From a bacterium (GTDB taxonomy: Bacteria; Arandabacterota; Arandabacteria; Arandabacterales; JALGWA01), in the NCBI GenBank assembly GCA_050125095.1, contig JASFEA010000016.1:1-31995 (forward strand): a DNA stretch of 31,995 nt. Direction: 5' to 3'. The notes under the pieces are model-generated. The model saw only the letters and a program-made list of their open reading frames with translations. It was not told where the DNA came from and ran no database searches. Shown here one piece after another: positions 27,450-31,995 of the stretch. Made by a program: the position numbers and the translations under genes. Each line of letters begins with the position of its first letter. Within the stretch, counting starts at the first letter, position 1.

Positions 27450-29266
27450 TTTCCCCACTCCCTGTTCACTTCATCCAGAATACGTCCGGCTCCGCCTATG
27501 ATGTTCTCCATGTCGCTCTCACCCATCCCGCCCGGCGCGAATCTCACCTGGTCGAGCGTTGTAATGAGACCCAGAAGCTTGTTGCGCGTATCCCCTGTTA
27601 TCCCGGTAAGCGATCCGACGAACTCAACATTGACGGCGCTCTCGCGGCAGCCGCCGCGCACGCCTATATATCTCGCGATTCCGCGCGAGAGAATGGCGGC
27701 AACTTCTTCGGGCCGCTCGCCTTTTCTGACCGCGGCATGCGCGTGCTTCACTTCCGCCAGGAGGTCCTTATACGCCTTTCGGGCCGACACCTTGACGCAT
27801 GCTGCCCGCCGCTTGCGCTGGATCTTGACAATAAGGCCGGCGACTCCTATGAGAACGGGCATCGCCCAGAGTGCAACGGCCCGCGAGCCGACCACCAGAG
27901 TGAGATCATCATCGAGTTGCCGCGGCCGAACAATATGCCGGATATCTGTGCTCGCAAGGTCTATTCCCGGGATCCGCTCTCCCGGAGCCGCGGTCGCGGC
28001 GATGCCGGGAAGCACGCTTATGGCGATGGGAGCCGCCTTGGCCGTTGTGTATCGCTCCCTGGCTGTGTCGAAATAGGTGAAGCCAATGCCGTCGATGGTG
28101 AATGTCCCCGGCTCCTGCGCTACGAGCACAAACTCGAACCGCTTCTCGCCGCCCACCACGCCGCGCTCGGCGCTCAAGGTCTGCTGGGACTTGGGCGCGA
28201 ATACCCTGAAACCCGGCACTTCCGGCTCAGGAAGGTCGGCCACTGACTTGAGGTTCCCGCTTCCGGACACCTTAACGACGAGGGTGATGGACTCGCCCAC
28301 CTTGACCTCCCGCCTTGTGGCCCGCGCGCTCACCTCGAAACTGCCTACGGCGCCAGAGAAATCACCGGGCCTCCCGACCTCCGGCAGCGGCAGAACCTGT
28401 ATGCTTACCGGGTCGGCCATGGCCACCCCCTCCCGGCCGCGCAGCCGGCCGAAGGGGTCGCGGCCGAAGAGACTGAAGGGGTCGCGCGAGAAGGCGTCTC
28501 TCGATTCGGCCACGTAGCGTATGCCCGACTCGCCTATGACATGTTTGCCGCTGGATATGGGAAAGAAGGCGAGTTTCTTTGTCACGACGTAATACTGCCT
28601 GCCGTCGATCACCTCAATAACGGGTCCCTCATCGCCCAGGTCCTCGAACCAGAACCCCGTGTGCTCGGGAGGAATGAACTCCATGCCCTGCAGCATTCTC
28701 AGCCTGTATGCAAAACGCAGCGTGTAGGTTACCTGTTCGCCCACATAAGCGCGCTGTCTGTCCACAGCCGCCATGGCGAACGCCGCATCTTCATCCGCGG
28801 TTTCGCCCGCGCTGCCCGACTGCCCCCCCGCCTTAGCGCCGCCCGACGCGGGAACGACCCTTACGTTGATGGGCTCGGTTTCCCCTATATTATCGCCTGC
28901 GCGCACCGTGAAGGGGCCTAAGATGAAGTTGCCCTCCCTTATCGCGGCAAGCGTGTAGGTGATGCTCAGGGAACGCGTGACTTTGAGGTTCACCATGCTG
29001 ATGTTCTGTGAGCTCGAAGACCCCATTACTTCGAAGCCATCGAGGTCGCCCAGGTCGGGCCGAGTGACGTCCGTCGACCCGAACACGGTGATGGTGAGGT
29101 GCAGGGTCCTGCCGACATTTACCACATTGCGGTCAACCGTCGCCTCAACGCCGAAGTCTTCGGCATGTGCCGCCGGGAGCCCGAGAAGGACAACGCACAT
29201 AGCCGCGCAGACAGCGACTTTGCATCGCGCCCACTCCGCGCTTTTCAATGACATCCGTCCTCTCAT
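27446..29266 (-). CDS. batD: BatD-like protein
   Basis: Signal peptide, ATVDRN, AYVGEQV, FSGAVG, GSGNL, a C-terminal TM helix; position in the operon. Confidence 0.85.
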   Translation of the reverse strand: MRGRMSLKSAEWARCKVAVCAAMCVVLLGLPAAHAEDFGVEATVDRNVVNVGRTLHLTITVFGSTDVTRPDLGDLDGFEVMGSSSSQNISMVNLKVTRSLSITYTLAAIREGNFILGPFTVRAGDNIGETEPINVRVVPASGGAKAGGQSGSAGETADEDAAFAMAAVDRQRAYVGEQVTYTLRFAYRLRMLQGMEFIPPEHTGFWFEDLGDEGPVIEVIDGRQYYVVTKKLAFFPISSGKHVIGESGIRYVAESRDAFSRDPFSLFGRDPFGRLRGREGVAMADPVSIQVLPLPEVGRPGDFSGAVGSFEVSARATRREVKVGESITLVVKVSGSGNLKSVADLPEPEVPGFRVFAPKSQQTLSAERGVVGGEKRFEFVLVAQEPGTFTIDGIGFTYFDTARERYTTAKAAPIAISVLPGIAATAAPGERIPGIDLASTDIRHIVRPRQLDDDLTLVVGSRAVALWAMPVLIGVAGLIVKIQRKRRAACVKVSARKAYKDLLAEVKHAHAAVRKGERPEEVAAILSRGIARYIGVRGGCRESAVNVEFVGSLTGITGDTRNKLLGLITTLDQVRFAPGGMGESDMENIIGGAGRILDEVNREWGK

Positions 29267-29271
29267 ATGTC

Positions 29272-30099
29272 CTACCAGTCTTTGCCGCTTACCCTGCGGG
29301 TCCTCGAGGCCTGCCTGGCGATCTCCTCCTGCGTCTCCTTGTCACTTGCGTCTATGGCCGCCAGTATTCTCTCGAGCTCGTCCTGGGTTATTTCCTTCTG
29401 CTCGGGCCGCTGTTGCTGCTGGTCCTGCTCTTCTTGCTCCTGCTCTTCCCGCTGCTGTTCCTGTTGCTGTTGGTCTTGCTGTTGGTCTTGCTGTTGGTCT
29501 TGCTGCTGGTCTTGCTGCTGGTCTTGCTGCTGGTCCTCATCCTTCTCTTCATCGCTCTGCTGCTGTTGCTGCTGTTGATCCTGCTGTTGCTGTTGATCCT
29601 GCTCCTGGTCCTGCTGCTGGGGCTGCTCCTCTATGAGTTTCATGACGACCTCTAGATTATGCTTGGCGTCTTCGTCATCGGGGGCCATTAGTAACGACCG
29701 CCTGTAGGCCTCAGCCGCCGACTGCAGGTCTCCTTTCTGGTAGAACGTATTGCCGAGATTATAGTAACCCATCGCCGCCACGCTTTCAGCCGGAGACTTG
29801 GTTGATCTGAAAAACTGCATGGCCCCTTCATCATACTTGCCCATCCGGTAGAAAGCGTCACCGGCGTTGAAATACGGCACGGCATGCGTGCTGTCCTCCC
29901 GCTGGGCGCGCATATAGGAGTCGAGGGCGCTTTCGTTTTCCTCCTCGCTGTAGCGGTCGTTACCCTTCTCGATACTGGAGTGCAGCCTGTCCCTGAAGCG
30001 TATGGCCATGGCCGGATCGGCGGCCAGAAAGATCACCAAGCACAGTGCCCCCACCGCCAGCACTGTTCTCAATATGGGTTCATGCCTAGTCATCTTCAC
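29272..30099 (-). CDS. batC: BatC-like TPR protein with a Q/D/E-rich linker
   Basis: YYNLGNTFY, DAKHNLE, a poly-Q linker and terminal KDW. Confidence 0.85.
   Translation of the reverse strand: MKMTRHEPILRTVLAVGALCLVIFLAADPAMAIRFRDRLHSSIEKGNDRYSEEENESALDSYMRAQREDSTHAVPYFNAGDAFYRMGKYDEGAMQFFRSTKSPAESVAAMGYYNLGNTFYQKGDLQSAAEAYRRSLLMAPDDEDAKHNLEVVMKLIEEQPQQQDQEQDQQQQQDQQQQQQQSDEEKDEDQQQDQQQDQQQDQQQDQQQDQQQQEQQREEQEQEEQDQQQQRPEQKEITQDELERILAAIDASDKETQEEIARQASRTRRVSGKDW
29471..29530. repeat. 12-bp tandem repeat x5 (TGGTCTTGCTGY) encoding QQQD units
   Basis: Read directly from the sequence, within the wider Q-rich tract at about 29400-29625. Confidence 0.85.
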
Positions 30100-31090
30100 G
30101 CACCCTGTCCCCTATGACACATTCCAGAACCAGGAGAAGGAGCCCCAGCCCTAGGGGCACCTGGAAGAACTCCAGGTATGACTCAAATGCCCTCTCCTCG
30201 AGGACTCCCTTCTCAAGTGACGTTATGGCGCGGGCGATTTGCGATATCTCTCTGCCGGCGAGGCTGAGGACGAACGTATCCCCGCCGGTCTCGCGGCCCA
30301 GCCTCCGAAGCGTCCCCAGGTCGAGCCTGGAGACCACGACGTCGCCCTTGTCGTCGCGCTTGTAGTCGAGCACGTTGCCCTCCGCGTCCTTGAGCGGTAT
30401 GGGCTCCCCCTCCTCGGTGCCGACGCCGACTACGAATATCCTGACTCCCCTCTCCCTGGCCTTCTTGATGGCCTCATCCAGGCCCCTGCCATGGTCCTCG
30501 CCGTCGGTGACGAGCACGATGGACCTGCCCTTGTCCGACGTCTCGAGCGCCTTCAAGGACTCTTCGATTGCGCGGCTTATGTCCGTGCCCTGCTCGGACA
30601 CCAGGCCCGGCCTCAGGAAGTCCAGGAACATGATGAGAGCGCCGTGGTCCAAGGTGAGCGGGCAGTGCACGAAGGCGTCCCCCGCGAATCCCACCAGCGC
30701 GATCCGATGCTCCGCGAGCTGGGCCACCAGGCTCGACATGCCGCGCTTGGCGACTTCGATCCTGTTGGGCTCGACGTCTTCAGCCAGCATGCTCGCCGAG
30801 ATGTCGAGAGCGATGACCACGTCCGAGCCCTCGCGTTTCACTATGCGCATCCCCCGGCCCATGCGGGGCATCGCCCAGGCCAGGACTATGAGTGCCATGA
30901 CGGCGACCAGCATCGCCCGCTTGGCGATCTTCCTCCGGCGCGAGTAGCCCGCGACCGTCTTCTTGAAAACCTCATGGCTTACGAGCCTGCGGACGGTGCT
31001 GTCCGACCATGCGATCTCATAGATGAGTATGATGGCCGCCACGGCGGCGATCGCCATGAAGTAGAACGCTGTCGGATTGCCGAATTCCAT
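30086..31090 (-). CDS. batB: BatB-like VWA-domain membrane protein
   Basis: MIDAS motif DISASM, CPLTLD, QGTD, LVTDGEDH. Confidence 0.88.
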   Translation of the reverse strand: MEFGNPTAFYFMAIAAVAAIILIYEIAWSDSTVRRLVSHEVFKKTVAGYSRRRKIAKRAMLVAVMALIVLAWAMPRMGRGMRIVKREGSDVVIALDISASMLAEDVEPNRIEVAKRGMSSLVAQLAEHRIALVGFAGDAFVHCPLTLDHGALIMFLDFLRPGLVSEQGTDISRAIEESLKALETSDKGRSIVLVTDGEDHGRGLDEAIKKARERGVRIFVVGVGTEEGEPIPLKDAEGNVLDYKRDDKGDVVVSRLDLGTLRRLGRETGGDTFVLSLAGREISQIARAITSLEKGVLEERAFESYLEFFQVPLGLGLLLLVLECVIGDRVREDD

Positions 31091-31099
31091 GTCGTTTCC

Positions 31100-31995
31100 C
31101 TAAGGTATCTTTCTCCAGACCGCTCCCACCAGCAGCACCTCCAGGAGCAGCACCGCAAGGCCCGCCGGGAGCAGGTACTTGGCGACCTCCTTGCGATGCC
31201 TGAAGCTCTTGACCAGGAAAGCCGTCTTCTCCATCTCGAGTATCCTCTGGTAAATCTCATCCAGCGCCTGTTCGTCCGTGGCGCGATAGTACTTGCCTCC
31301 GGTTCTCTCGGCGATGTCCTTGAGGGTGTCCTCGTCGAGCTCGGTCATGTACAGGCTCCCGTCGGGATTCCGGGCGTATACTTTTCTCCCGTCCTGCGTC
31401 ACGACAGGCACCGGCGCGCCGCCCACCTTGCCGACGCCTATGGTGTAAACCCTGATGCCCGCGGCTGCAGCCAGCTGGGCCCCGGTTGGCGGGTCGATTT
31501 CGCCCCGGTTATTGACGCCGTCGGTGAGGAGTATGATGATCTTGCTCTTGGCCTCCGAGTCCTTGAGCCTGGCGACCGAGTTGGCGAGCGCGAGCCCGAT
31601 GGCCGTTCCGTCCTCCACCATTCCGACGTCCAGGTCCGCAAGCAGCGACTTGAGGATGCCGTAGTCGAGGGTGAGCGGGCAGCGCGTGAAGCTCTTTCCC
31701 GCGAAGGCGACCAGGCCGACGCGGTCGGTGGAAACTCGCGAGACGAAGTCTCCAACCACCTGCTTGGCGACGTATATTCTGTTCTGGGGCTTGAAGTCCT
31801 CCGCCCGCATGCTGCCCGATATATCCAGCGCGAGCATGATGTCTATGCCCTCGGTCTCCACTGTCTCGTAGCCGTGCTCCAGCTGCGGCCGCGCAAGTGC
31901 GAAGATGAGGGCCACAATCGCCAGCACCCTGAGCGAGAAGAGAACGGCCCTGAAGGAGTTCCTCGTCCGGACGCGGCCGTCCAGCACTCCCAGGT
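31100..31995 (-). CDS. batA: BatA-like VWA-domain membrane protein (5'-partial)
   Basis: ALARPQ, EGIDIMLALDISGSM, DGTAIG and LLTDGVNN motifs; the frame stays open to the window edge. Confidence 0.9.
   Translation of the reverse strand, partial: LGVLDGRVRTRNSFRAVLFSLRVLAIVALIFALARPQLEHGYETVETEGIDIMLALDISGSMRAEDFKPQNRIYVAKQVVGDFVSRVSTDRVGLVAFAGKSFTRCPLTLDYGILKSLLADLDVGMVEDGTAIGLALANSVARLKDSEAKSKIIILLTDGVNNRGEIDPPTGAQLAAAAGIRVYTIGVGKVGGAPVPVVTQDGRKVYARNPDGSLYMTELDEDTLKDIAERTGGKYYRATDEQALDEIYQRILEMEKTAFLVKSFRHRKEVAKYLLPAGLAVLLLEVLLVGAVWRKIP

Noticed and set aside
29400-29625. Repeat tract as a CRISPR array
   Set aside because: The units are contiguous 12-bp codon-phase repeats with no spacers, and no cas genes are present.
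29248-29655. Cys-rich (CCWS)n and Leu-rich plus-strand ORFs resembling a metallothionein or RiPP precursor
   Set aside because: They are antisense shadows of the poly-Q repeat in batC.

Overview
GC-rich bacterial window, probably from an anaerobe. A C-terminal TWGxIK motif hints at an Eisenbacteria/Krumholzibacteria/Latescibacteria-type lineage (inference). The left 19 kb is a redox island with two convergent heterodisulfide-reductase-like (Hdr) clusters. The + cluster encodes a four-subunit 2-oxoacid:ferredoxin oxidoreductase, a tandem HdrA-HdrA fusion, MvhD, an HdrD-like CCG protein, and an HdrA-MvhD fusion with an in-frame TGA at a conserved Cys followed by a SECIS-like hairpin (probable selenoprotein). 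The - cluster has a sigma54/IHF-type promoter, three small MPGxDGTGP (DUF5320-like) genes, an HdrA whose fused MvhD-like domain has lost all five conserved Cys, then HdrC and HdrB. Between the clusters lie a polytopic membrane protein and a secreted IdeS/Mac-1-like cysteine protease. The right part encodes a GT-C/TPR protein, a cupin, an S41 peptidase, a PD40 propeller, DUF1330, a Ycf46-like AAA ATPase and a batABCDE-like operon. A secreted metallophosphoesterase missing from the ORF track runs off the left edge. No rRNA, tRNA, CRISPR array or mobile element was recognised.
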